Below are positions 1 through 9,400 of a DNA stretch of 43,118 nucleotides, piece by piece; position 1 is the stretch's first letter, and every line of letters begins with the position of its first letter. Origin of the DNA: a bacterium (GTDB lineage Bacteria > Patescibacteriota > JACMRA01); NCBI GenBank assembly GCA_043764315.1, contig JAYUKQ010000086.1:1-43118 (forward strand). The letters are read 5' to 3'. Below the pieces are notes generated by a model. It saw nothing but the letters and a program-made list of their open reading frames with translations. It searched no databases and had not been told where the DNA came from. Both the position numbers and the translations under genes were made by a program.

Positions 1-35
1 CTCACATTAAACCCCAAAGTGCAAGACCAAAATTT

Positions 36-47
36 CTAAAGTGCAAG
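36..47. repeat. Subterminal extra copy of the IS inverted-repeat core (ctaaagtgcaag)
   Basis: The same 12-mer occurs in the right IR (reverse complement of 1028-1039), and a near copy ccaaagtgcaag lies at 14-25. Possibly an additional transposase-binding site. Confidence 0.5.
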
Positions 48-166
48 TTTTCACATTTTTGATAAGTAAAAAGTAAGGTATAGTTAATTATGATCAGCCT
101 TTCAAGATTTGATTCAAAATTACTAACAACCCTTACTAAGTTTAATTAAACACGAATTACAAACAT

Positions 167-1039
167 TTGTCTAAAGATGAGAGAATCCAAATATCAGCTC
201 TTTACAATCAAAATCATAATATTGCAAACATTTCCAAATACCTCAAAAGACCTGAATGTACAATTTCACGTGAGATAAGCAGGAATAAATCTGATAACAA
301 AACATACAACTACTCCATAGCTCACAAACTAGCCAAACAAAGACGAATCAACCTAAACAAGGAAAGAACCAACAGCACCAAATCCAAACCAGATTCTTGC
401 AACTTAAAATCCGATTCAAACAACTGGATCAAATACCTTAAGATACTAGGTAAAAAAGGTAATTACAGGAGAAAATATGGTACAAAGATAAGAGAGCTTG
501 AGAGGGAGAAGCTTAACAAAAAGAATATATCACTTAGACCTCAAATAGTAGAACAAAGATCAAGACTTGGAGACTTTGAAGGTGATACAATTGTTGGACT
601 AGAAAAAAATATACATATCTTAACGCACGTTGATCGAAAAAGTGGTTATCTAATAGCTAGATTGCTCAAAACAGCAACTGCAGAAGAAACCAGAGATCAA
701 ACCTTAATATCATTTGAATCAATACCAAAGTCAAAATTAAGGACAATAACGTATGACAATGGAGTACAATTTAGCAAGCACCAAGATACAGAACAAAAAC
801 TAAATACAGAAATATACTTTGCCAATCCTTATCATAGCTGGGAAAGAGGTACAAATGAAAATACCAATGGACTCCTAAGATATTACTATCCAAAAAAAAC
901 ACCCTTCAAAGACTTAACTCAAAAACAACTAGACAAAACCGTAGAACAAATCAATGATAGACCTAAAAAGAGACTTAATTACCTAACCCCAAAAGAAGTA
1001 TTTATTAAAAACTGGAAAAAGATACGTCTTGCACTTTAG
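167..1039 (+). CDS. IS30-family DDE transposase (TTG start in the track)
   Basis: N-terminal HTH-like segment ISKYLKRPECTISREISRN. DDE-region signatures GDFEGDTIVG, ITYDNGVQF and YHSWERGTNENTNGLLRYYYPKK are typical of IS30 transposases. Confidence 0.85.
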   Translation: MSKDERIQISALYNQNHNIANISKYLKRPECTISREISRNKSDNKTYNYSIAHKLAKQRRINLNKERTNSTKSKPDSCNLKSDSNNWIKYLKILGKKGNYRRKYGTKIRELEREKLNKKNISLRPQIVEQRSRLGDFEGDTIVGLEKNIHILTHVDRKSGYLIARLLKTATAEETRDQTLISFESIPKSKLRTITYDNGVQFSKHQDTEQKLNTEIYFANPYHSWERGTNENTNGLLRYYYPKKTPFKDLTQKQLDKTVEQINDRPKKRLNYLTPKEVFIKNWKKIRLAL

Positions 1040-1138
1040 GATTTAATGGAAGAACTCTACTTGTAATTTATATTGCCAAAACCGATACAGTATAATTTTT
1101 TTTAGTGTAAAAAACACTATTATTTTAATTTTAAGTAA

Positions 1139-1166
1139 TAAAAAAAACTGGCTTAATTAACCAGTT
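1139..1166 (-). terminator. Rho-independent terminator downstream of secA
   Basis: Stem aactgg (1146-1151) / ccagtt (1161-1166). On the minus strand it is followed by a U-run (A-run 1139-1147 on the plus strand). Confidence 0.6.
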
Positions 1167-1188
1167 AATTCATTTTCTACCAAAGATA

Positions 1189-3927
1189 CTATTCTTTAAT
1201 TTGACTAGACTCCATGATTCCAGCTGGGACTAATTCAGGTGTAATTTTGAAAATAGTTGCAGCAATTTCAATATCTATTTCATCTAACAGACCAACAAAA
1301 GATTGCATTCCATCATGTTTGAATTCGGTTAAAGGATCTTTTTGCGAATAACCCCTCAAACGTACAGAATCTTGCAGGTGATCAATGGTGACTAGGTGTT
1401 CAGTCCATAAAATGTCAATAGCTCTCAAGAATGCAAACCTCGACATGCCTAATTGAGATGACTCTGGGTAGATTTCCCATTTAGTTTTGAGTTGGAAGTT
1501 AATCTTGTCAGCAAAAATATTAGCTAATTTGGTATAATTGAACTTTTGATCCCAGAAGACTACTTGCAATACATCTTTATCAAAATCTGGCAAATTCACA
1601 ATTTCTTTGAGTGAATGTGATGCGTTAGATAATTGATTATTATCAATTTTATCTTTTGATCTTGCTTTATTTACACTTGATACAATTTTGAAAACTGAAC
1701 GAGCAATTGATTTTTGAACTTCTTCTTGCCATGCAAATCCTTTATTCAAAAGAACTTTTTGACGACGTGAATAAATTACAGACCTTTGTTTGTTAATTAC
1801 ATCATCGTAATCAGTTACATGTTTACGAATATCAAAATTTTGACCTTCAATTTTTTTCTGGGCTTGCTCAATCAGCCAACTAATTGATTTGTTTTGAATT
1901 GCTTCATCATCTGCAATTGGTAAAATATCACGATAATAGGAAACTCTATCACCTCCAAAGACTCTAATAATATAGTCTTCAAGGGAAATATAAAATTGAG
2001 ATCGACCTTGATCACCTTGACGCCCAGCACGACCTCTAAGTTGATTGTCGATACGTCGAGATTCGTGACGTTCAGTACCAATTACGAATAATCCACCTAA
2101 ATCTTTAATTTCATCGCTAATTTTCTTCCAAGAATCATATTTGGAAACATCTTCTGGAGGCTCACCACCGAGTTTTATATCTACACCACGACCTGCAATG
2201 TTGGTAGCAATTGTTACTGCCCCTAGAGTACCTGCATTAGATACAATTCTAGCTTCCTGTTCGTGATTCTTAGCATTGAGAACTTGATGAGGAACTCCAG
2301 CTTCAGTCAAAAGATGAGAAACCAAAAGGTTTTTTTCAATTGATGTAGTACCAACCAAAATTGGCTGACCAGTCTCGTGAATGGCTTTGATATCTCTAAC
2401 AATTGCTGTAAATTTACCTTCTTCAGATTTGTATATTTTGTCCACATAATCTTGTCTTCTAGTTGGTTTATTAGTTGGAATAGTTACTACCAAAAGTTTG
2501 TATATTTTGAATAATTCTTCAGCTTCAGTAGCAGCCGTACCAGTCATACCAGCTAATTTGGCATACAATCTAAAGTAGTTTTGGAAAGTAATTGTGGCTG
2601 TAGTTTTGGATTCAGCTTGAACATCAAGACCTTCTTTAGCTTCAATAGCTTGGTGTAAACCTTGATTGTAGCGACGACCATGCATCATACGACCAGTATT
2701 TTCATCAACTATAATAATTTCACCATCACGAACTACATATTCTTTTTCACGATTAAATAGGAATTTAGCTTTGAGGGCTTGTTCCAAATGATGCACCAAG
2801 ACTACATTACCAGAGTCAGCGTAAAGATTAATCAATCCAAGCATACCTTCTACTTTTTCTACACCCAAATCAGTGAGAATAATGGTTTTGCGTTTTTCAT
2901 CAATTTCACAATCAATATCTTTGACGATTTTTTCCACCATTTTGGAGAATTGCTTATAACGAGAACTGGAATCATCATCTTGAGCAGAAATAATTAACGG
3001 AGTTCTAGCTTCATCGATCAAAATAGAATCTACTTCATCCACAACTGCTGTGAAGTGACCAGCTTTTTGAACAATTTCATCAGGAGTTTGAGCCATGTTA
3101 TCGCGGAGATAATCAAAACCAAATTCTGAATTTACACCATACACGATATCTACAGGTTTTTTAATTGTTGGATCAAAATAAGCTCTAGCACGGTCGCACG
3201 GAATCAAATTTTTTACATCTAGTACAGTTCTCTTGTCCATTTCACCATCTTCCATAGTATCTACCCTACCCAAGTCACGCATTTTTTGAGATTCAATATC
3301 AGCTTCAGCTCCAAGTTTGAATATAAATGAAGCTTGATTTTGAATAACTCCAACAGTTAGACCTAAGTAGTCATAGATTTGACCCATCCAACTTGCATCA
3401 CGACGAGCCAAATAGTCATTAACAGTTACCAAGTGAACTTGTTGCTCTTGAGGTAAAGCGTTAAGGTATCCAACCAGAGTAGATACAAGAGTTTTTCCTT
3501 CACCGGTTCTCATTTCGGAAACGCGCCCTTCATGCAAGACCATCCCACCAATTAATTGAACTGGGTAGTGTTTTTGACCAATTACACGGTAAGCAGCTTC
3601 ACGAACTGTGGCAAAAGCTTCAGGTAAAATTTCTTTAAGTTTTCTTTCAATTTGTTTTTTGTCAGTTAACCCAGCTAAAGCTAAACGGAATTTTGAGGTT
3701 TGATTTTTGAGATCAGAATCACTCATGGCTTTCATTTTTTCGTCGAATTCTAGAGTCATTTTGACGGCTAGTTCATAACGGCGAAGTTCTTTACTTTCAC
3801 CAGCTACGGTAGAGAAGAAAAGGCTGATTGGACTTCTTTTTGTTTCTTGTTTTTGGAAATTCAAATCAGATGCCTTAACTTGCTGTGTAGTCTGTGCTTC
3901 TGCTGTATTTAGATTTGCTTTAGACAT
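1189..3927 (-). CDS. secA: Preprotein translocase ATPase SecA
   Basis: 912 aa. Walker A MRTGEGKTLV and DEVDSILIDEARTPLIIS (DEAD-like motor). Collinear SecA motifs run through to the C-terminal helical scaffold. About 30 aa N-terminal extension relative to E. coli SecA. Confidence 0.97.
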   Translation of the reverse strand: MSKANLNTAEAQTTQQVKASDLNFQKQETKRSPISLFFSTVAGESKELRRYELAVKMTLEFDEKMKAMSDSDLKNQTSKFRLALAGLTDKKQIERKLKEILPEAFATVREAAYRVIGQKHYPVQLIGGMVLHEGRVSEMRTGEGKTLVSTLVGYLNALPQEQQVHLVTVNDYLARRDASWMGQIYDYLGLTVGVIQNQASFIFKLGAEADIESQKMRDLGRVDTMEDGEMDKRTVLDVKNLIPCDRARAYFDPTIKKPVDIVYGVNSEFGFDYLRDNMAQTPDEIVQKAGHFTAVVDEVDSILIDEARTPLIISAQDDDSSSRYKQFSKMVEKIVKDIDCEIDEKRKTIILTDLGVEKVEGMLGLINLYADSGNVVLVHHLEQALKAKFLFNREKEYVVRDGEIIIVDENTGRMMHGRRYNQGLHQAIEAKEGLDVQAESKTTATITFQNYFRLYAKLAGMTGTAATEAEELFKIYKLLVVTIPTNKPTRRQDYVDKIYKSEEGKFTAIVRDIKAIHETGQPILVGTTSIEKNLLVSHLLTEAGVPHQVLNAKNHEQEARIVSNAGTLGAVTIATNIAGRGVDIKLGGEPPEDVSKYDSWKKISDEIKDLGGLFVIGTERHESRRIDNQLRGRAGRQGDQGRSQFYISLEDYIIRVFGGDRVSYYRDILPIADDEAIQNKSISWLIEQAQKKIEGQNFDIRKHVTDYDDVINKQRSVIYSRRQKVLLNKGFAWQEEVQKSIARSVFKIVSSVNKARSKDKIDNNQLSNASHSLKEIVNLPDFDKDVLQVVFWDQKFNYTKLANIFADKINFQLKTKWEIYPESSQLGMSRFAFLRAIDILWTEHLVTIDHLQDSVRLRGYSQKDPLTEFKHDGMQSFVGLLDEIDIEIAATIFKITPELVPAGIMESSQIKE

Positions 3928-4107
3928 AGATAATTTCTTATGTAATTACTGGAAAAAGTATTATTTTGATTAGTTGTATTGTCAAATTAAACCTAACTTT
4001 ACTAAATATATATCATTCCAAATTCTTGAATTCTAAACACTGTGTTTAAACTCTTGTTTAATGCTATCTTTTGATCATTTTGAGATTTGCAAATATGGTT
4101 GACTAAG

Positions 4108-4121
4108 CTGTGTGTGTGTGT
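4108..4121. repeat. (TG)7 dinucleotide microsatellite
   Basis: tgtgtgtgtgtgtg is flanked by the direct repeat taagct/taagct. It lies between a -35-like TTGACT (4098-4103) and a -10-like TAAAAT (4129-4134), 45 bp upstream of the lipoprotein ATG. Confidence 0.9.
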
Positions 4122-4165
4122 GTTAAGCTTAAAATCGATTTTTAAATTTTAATTATATTTACTTT

Positions 4166-4585
4166 ATGAAAAAACTAAACATATTAGGAGCACTAGTTGG
4201 ATTAACTTTTTTAGGAAATGGAATCACAGGTTGCACAGAAGCACCGACACAAACAGTTGAAGAGTTAAAGGTTGAACTAACTGCAAATCAAGCATTACTG
4301 GAACAAGTGTCAGCAATTAGAATGCAATCAATGGGTCAAGATCCGCGAATGCAAAGTTTTATTGATTGCCATGATGGTATTGACAAAACGATAAAGGATA
4401 ATGGACTAATTAGAAACAAAACAGGTCTTAACCAACCAGAACCAGATAGGCGTGTTTGTGGCGATGATCCAACCACGACTATATTCGAAGATAGAAAAAA
4501 TGCCCAAGAAGAAGCTCAAAAAAAGGTAGATGAGACCGAAATAAATTTTAAAGAAGCGGAAAAAAGAAATAGTAGTAAAAGTTGA
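4166..4585 (+). CDS. Putative lipoprotein, function unknown
   Basis: Signal peptide MKKLNILGALVGLTFLGNGITGC ends in a lipobox-like ITG-C. The mature part is hydrophilic. Confidence 0.7.
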   Translation: MKKLNILGALVGLTFLGNGITGCTEAPTQTVEELKVELTANQALLEQVSAIRMQSMGQDPRMQSFIDCHDGIDKTIKDNGLIRNKTGLNQPEPDRRVCGDDPTTTIFEDRKNAQEEAQKKVDETEINFKEAEKRNSSKS

Positions 4586-4598
4586 TTAATAATACCAA

Positions 4599-4623
4599 CC
4601 CACCATTAGGTGGAATTTTTTTT
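4599..4623 (+). terminator. Rho-independent terminator between convergent genes
   Basis: cccacc (4599-4604) / loop atta / ggtgg (4609-4613), followed by aa and T8. Confidence 0.65.
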
Positions 4624-4632
4624 GCTTAATTA

Positions 4633-5421
4633 TTAATTACTAAGTATCCAACCAGTTCTATTTTTGTTTTTTTCAAAGCCTAAGTTAGAATACAGATTAG
4701 CTACAGTTTCCTTGGAATTACTAAAAGTCAACGATTTTGCTGCCGAGAAGAACTCATTAGTGTAGTATTCATTCACAATTGCACTACAGAGAACTCCCAA
4801 TTTTTTGCCAGAATAGTTGTTGGGTAGGGTGCAAAGACCAGCTACATTACTCAATTGACATTCATCAAGTACATTAGCCAACGAAAAACAGCCAACAACG
4901 TCTCCACTTCTAGTTAAAATCAAAAAAGTCTGTATGAACTTATTGTGAATATTAATTGACAAATTATCCAAAATACTTTGCTTTCTAGATTCTTTAACCT
5001 GACCAAAAGTTAAGGATTTTTTGTTATGATCGACTGCAAAACTAGTTGTTAAAAAGTTACTTAGAATGGATAACATTTGAGAATTATTAGTTTCAATCTT
5101 AATAACCGCAAACTCTTGGCGATATTTTTCCCAATCAAGTTCGGAAGAAGTAAAAATATTGTGTTCCAAATCTTTCATTTGAACCGCAAAAAAGTTAGTA
5201 GAGTAGGGATTTAGTTGTAATGTAGAATTAGGAATTAGGAATGTAGAATTGATTTTATCTTTAATTTCTTGCTGATTTGTATAATCTGACAAAATACGAA
5301 CTTTATCTATTGCCAAAAAAGCTCTAACTTGAACTACAAAATCAGGATTAAAAATATCTTTGGGAGCGGTTATAGTTGCGAATATTCCACCTGACAAATC
5401 TTGGTAAATTTGATATGACAT
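4633..5421 (-). CDS. GNAT-like N-acetyltransferase domain protein (start moved to the internal ATG MSYQIYQ)
   Basis: The C-terminal third, VVGCFSLANV...LCTLPNNYSGKKLGVLCSAIV...ANLYSNLGFE, resembles the GNAT acetyl-CoA binding core (motif A, R/Q-x-x-G-x-G/A-like). The track's upstream 66 codons overlap the divergent gene and look non-coding. Confidence 0.5.
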   Translation of the reverse strand: MSYQIYQDLSGGIFATITAPKDIFNPDFVVQVRAFLAIDKVRILSDYTNQQEIKDKINSTFLIPNSTLQLNPYSTNFFAVQMKDLEHNIFTSSELDWEKYRQEFAVIKIETNNSQMLSILSNFLTTSFAVDHNKKSLTFGQVKESRKQSILDNLSINIHNKFIQTFLILTRSGDVVGCFSLANVLDECQLSNVAGLCTLPNNYSGKKLGVLCSAIVNEYYTNEFFSAAKSLTFSNSKETVANLYSNLGFEKNKNRTGWILSN

Positions 5422-5479
5422 TCCAAAAAACTTGTTTACAATAGGTTTTTTGTCAATTCTAAAAATACTAAATAATTTT

Positions 5480-6094
5480 ATGAAATCAATACGAATTGGA
5501 ACAATCGAACTAGATAATGACGGAGAATTGCACTTATTAAATGGGTCAAAAGAGGTTGGAAAAGAATCTAAAGAAACCCTTACAAACAAAGGAGAGACGA
5601 TAGAAGGAAATATAACCATTTCAGCCCAATGGCTAATTGAAGAGCTTATGATTTTGAGAAGTTATAGTTATTCAGACTTACTGATTCATCAAATTATTTT
5701 GGCTCCTTTTGACTTTTTTAATTACAGACTAACTACATTAAGTAAGAGTTTGTTTGGCAACCCAAAAATTTATGCCGATCCTACAATTATTAATTTACCA
5801 GATAATACTGTAGGTTACAGATACACACCCAGAGTAATAACTAAAAACAGACTTGAAAATAATTGTATTGTTTTAATTAATGGGAAGACTGTACATCTAT
5901 CATTAGAACCAAAAACCAAAACTGATAATAAAGGTGAATGGCAAATAAACCTTCCTTGTACTTTGAATTTTATAAATGGTATTGTAAGTCTAAGAATAGA
6001 ATTAGAAGATTGGAATGATTTAATTAACGATATCTTTGAGTTAAAATTTAGAAGAAATAGAAAAACCATAAAAAAAACGAGTAGAAGAATATAA
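5480..6094 (+). CDS. Hypothetical protein
   Basis: Long ORF with normal composition. ATG at 5480 is chosen over the TTG at 5432, which overlaps the divergent gene. No motif recognised. Confidence 0.45.
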   Translation: MKSIRIGTIELDNDGELHLLNGSKEVGKESKETLTNKGETIEGNITISAQWLIEELMILRSYSYSDLLIHQIILAPFDFFNYRLTTLSKSLFGNPKIYADPTIINLPDNTVGYRYTPRVITKNRLENNCIVLINGKTVHLSLEPKTKTDNKGEWQINLPCTLNFINGIVSLRIELEDWNDLINDIFELKFRRNRKTIKKTSRRI

Positions 6095-6351
6095 AATTGC
6101 AATAAAACTTGCATATTTTAACACTGTAGGCTTTTTGTAAAAAAAATTGTAAAGTAACACATAATACAAAAACAAGTGCCAAATAATCAATTTATACTCG
6201 TTTCACCAAATACAATACTTGTAAATTCCTAACTCCAAAAAAAACCCAGTCAGTCTGCGAATGCCAACCCATTAACAATGTGCAATTTGGTGTAAATTAG
6301 TTTTGAACTGTAATTAGTAAAATGAGTATATAGAGATAGTTTTTGAGCAGT

Positions 6352-6379
6352 AAAAAATACCCTAATTAATTTTAGGGTA
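6352..6379 (-). terminator. Rho-independent terminator downstream of rpoC
   Basis: taccctaa (6358-6365) / ttagggta (6372-6379). On the minus strand it is followed by U6 (A-run 6352-6357). Confidence 0.65.
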
Positions 6380-6414
6380 GAATGATTGAATTACTTTTTG
6401 TCTAAAAAATAGTT

Positions 6415-9400
6415 TTACATCTCATCGGCAGAGTCGTCAGCAAAGTCATCTGCAGAAATTGTTTGAGGATCTTGTTGGATCGCTTTGAATCCTGTACCAG
6501 CTGGAATCAACTGACCAAGGATAACATTTTCTTTTAGACCGAGTAAATGATCAGATCGACCGCTAATTACAGCTTCTACGAGAACCTTAGATGCCTCTTG
6601 GAATGATGCAGCTGATAAGAACGAGTCAGTAATTAAAGAAGCCCGAGAGATACCTGTAACACTACGATTAAACGTCGCTGGTTTTTTGCCTTCAGCTTGG
6701 AGTTGTCGGTTCAAATTAATTATCAACGAATAACGAATCAAATCGCCTACAATATAATCAGTGTCACCAGCATCTACGATTTGAACTCTAGAACACATTT
6801 GACGAATTATTACCTCAATATGTTTTTCGTTAACCAAAATACCATTTTCTGAATAGATTCCAATAAGTTGAGCAATGACATAATCTTGAAGTGCATCAAA
6901 ACCTAATCTGTCCATAATTTCTTGAAGATCAAAGGAACCTTCAGTTAAAGCTTGACCTTTTTGAACTACATCGCCTTCACGAACTTTCAAGTAATAACCT
7001 GGCATTGTATTAAACTCAATAAGTTCAGGTTGAATTTGGGTTATAATTAGCTGATTCTTTCCTTTAGTAATTTTGCCACCGATACTAGATCTTAAAACTT
7101 CACCAGTCTCTTTAACTAAAAGGTTATTATCAACTGTAATTTCATCATTATTTTCAACTAAAAGTATATCCTTAGTTGGATCGTATGGAAGAGTTGTTGT
7201 CATTACACTACCTGTAATCTGTAGGTTAAAACCTTGATCAACGGCACCTTCAGCAACTTTAACTACACCATCAGAGTTCAAGAAAGGTGCTTTGTATTTT
7301 GGACTTCTAACCTCAAAAATTTCTTCTACACGACCCAAACCTTCAGTGATATCAGATTTCAAGAGTCCTTTTCCATGTTTACCTTGATCCATCGTCAACT
7401 GTGTTGAGTTTTCACCAAGTGATTGAGCAGCGATTATACCAACTGGAACACCCAATGCAACTGGTTGATGAGTCGAAAAGTCAGCACCATAGCATTTTTG
7501 ACAAACACCTCTGTGGAGAGAACATTTGGTAGGAGTTCTAACATAGAATTCCACAATTTCACTTTTTTCAAATACTTTAAGTAAATTATTATCTACGTAA
7601 TCACCTTGTTTAGCTAAAATTTTACCAGAAGCTACGACATCAGCTTGCAGATATCTACCATATAGGCGACCATCCATATTATAAAGAGATTTACCGTACT
7701 TTTGAGCCTCAACTTGTGTCAAAATTGTTCCTTCAGTCGTTCCACAATCTTCAGAATTAATGACTACATTTTGAGCAACGTCAACCAAACGACGTGTCAA
7801 GTAACCAGCATCTGCTGTACGTAAAGAAATGTCTGACTGACCTTTACGCTGACCTTTCATTGAGATAAAGTATTCTAAACCAGTCAAACCTTCAAGATAA
7901 CCATGTTGAGCTGGAAGTTCAATAATATTACCAGCAGCAGTCACAGATAAACCTCTAATACCAGCGATTAAATTCAATTGAGAAACATTTCCCTTAGCGC
8001 CAGAGCGAATCATAAGACCAACATTGTTACTCTCATCCATAACTTTCTCGGTCATTTTAGAGATAATATCAGAAGCTTCACGCCAAACACCAATTATCTG
8101 CCTATATCTTTCATCATTAGTTGTCAAACCAAATTGATAAGAACCTTGAATGCTAGAAACTCGATTTCTGGAATCGTCTAAAACAGCAAATTTTTCTTGA
8201 GGAATTTTAAAGTCACCAGCTGAAAGAGAAATACCAGATTGAGTTGCGTACTTGTAAGCAGTTTTTTTGACACTATCCAAAACAGCTGGTAACGCGTCTT
8301 TTCCGAGTTTAAGGTACGCTTCTGAAATGGTTTTTTCGTAAAGTTTTTTGTTTAAAGCTTGATTAACAAATGGAAAATCACTAGGAAAACATTTATTAAA
8401 AATGATTCGTCCAGCTGTAGTTTCAATTAATTCAGTTTTACCTTCAAACACAATATTCACTTTAATTGGTTGTTGCAACTCAATTATATTATTATCCAAA
8501 GCCATGATAGCGTCAGAAGTTGAGGCGAACGATTTTAACTCTTTGGTAGTTTGAGGATTCATCATAGTCAAATAGTAAGATCCAAGAATTATATCCAAAG
8601 TACCGCCAGACATAATAATCTCACCAGACGCTGGTTTCAAAAGATTACGAGTAGCAAGCATTAAATTTTTGGCTTCATCTTGACCTTTAATCGTAATTGG
8701 CAAGTGAACAGCCATTTGATCCCCATCAAAATCTGCGTTAAATGCACGACACACGAGAGGGTGAATTTGAATTGCTTTGCCTTCTACAAGAGTTGGCTTG
8801 AAAGCTAAGAAAGAAAGCCTATGAAGTGTAGGAGCACGGTTAAGTAAAACGTACTTATCAGCAATTACCTCTTCCAAAATATCATAAACAATCGGTTTTT
8901 TACTTTCAATTAATCTACGAGCAGAATGAACATTAAAACATTGATCATCTTCATTCAAGACGCCAGATTCTGATTTGGAAATGATTCTTCCCATCAGAAA
9001 GGGCTTAAATAGCTCCATTGCTATTTGCTTTGGAATACCACACTCATCGAGTTTGAGGTCAGGTCCAACAATGATAACAGACCGACCCGAATAATCAACA
9101 CGCTTACCTAAAAGATTTTGACGGAATCTACCATTTTTACCTTTAAGAATATCAGTTAGTGACTTAAGTGGTCTTTTAACACCAGTAGATGCCATAACTT
9201 GTTTGCCACCACGCATTGAGTTGTCAATTAGAGCTTCTACAGCTTCTTGAAGCATACGTTTTTCATTACGTAAGATAACTTCAGGTGCTCCAATCTGAAT
9301 CAACTTACGCAAACGGTTGTTACGGTTAATTAATCTACGATATAGTTCATTGAGATCTGAAGCAGCGAATCTACCACCGTCGAGTTGAAGCATAGGTCTC

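Larger units (their letters stand above)
5..1048 (+). mobile_element. IS30-family insertion sequence, about 1.04 kb, bounded by imperfect 23-bp terminal inverted repeats
   Basis: 5-27 cattaaaccccaaagtgcaagac matches the reverse complement of 1026-1048 (cattaaatcctaaagtgcaagac) at 21/23 positions. A single transposase ORF fills the interior and its stop codon lies inside the right IR. The left end is only 4 nt from the window edge, so the true terminus may be cut off. Confidence 0.7.

Noticed and set aside
1872-2997. ORFs 1872..2081 (minus strand) and 2779..2997 (plus strand) within secA
   Set aside because: Short alternative-frame or antisense ORFs inside a clearly intact, highly conserved secA. 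The same reasoning rejects these nested ORFs:
- In rpoC: 7978..8181, 9793..9990.
- In uvrA: 16919..17167, 18490..18699.
- In ppa: 19824..20066.
- In rplL: 20963..21259.
- In rpsB: 21619..21927.
- In the rplT/rplF region: 22672..22860, 22957..23160, 23157..23378.
- In the cassette-1 partner protein (26750..27532): 27160..27354.
- In rpoA: 27979..28224.
- In ftsE: 30837..31142, 30856..31086.
- At the start of the ABC ATPase gene: 31535..31729.
- In the hypothetical gene 32552..33184: 32722..32946.
- In rpmB: 36569..36787.
- In the phosphatase gene: 40942..41148.
- In the kinase gene: 41648..41839, 41868..42089, 42593..42880.
5422-5619. N-terminal 66 codons of track ORF 4633..5619, and the TTG start at 5432 for the divergent ORF
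   Set aside because: The two extensions overlap each other on opposite strands. Both have odd composition, and each gene has a good internal ATG (5421 and 5480).
5815-6114. ORF 5815..6114 (minus strand)
   Set aside because: It is antisense to the longer 5480..6094 ORF and is Leu/Phe-rich, as expected from an AT-rich antisense frame.
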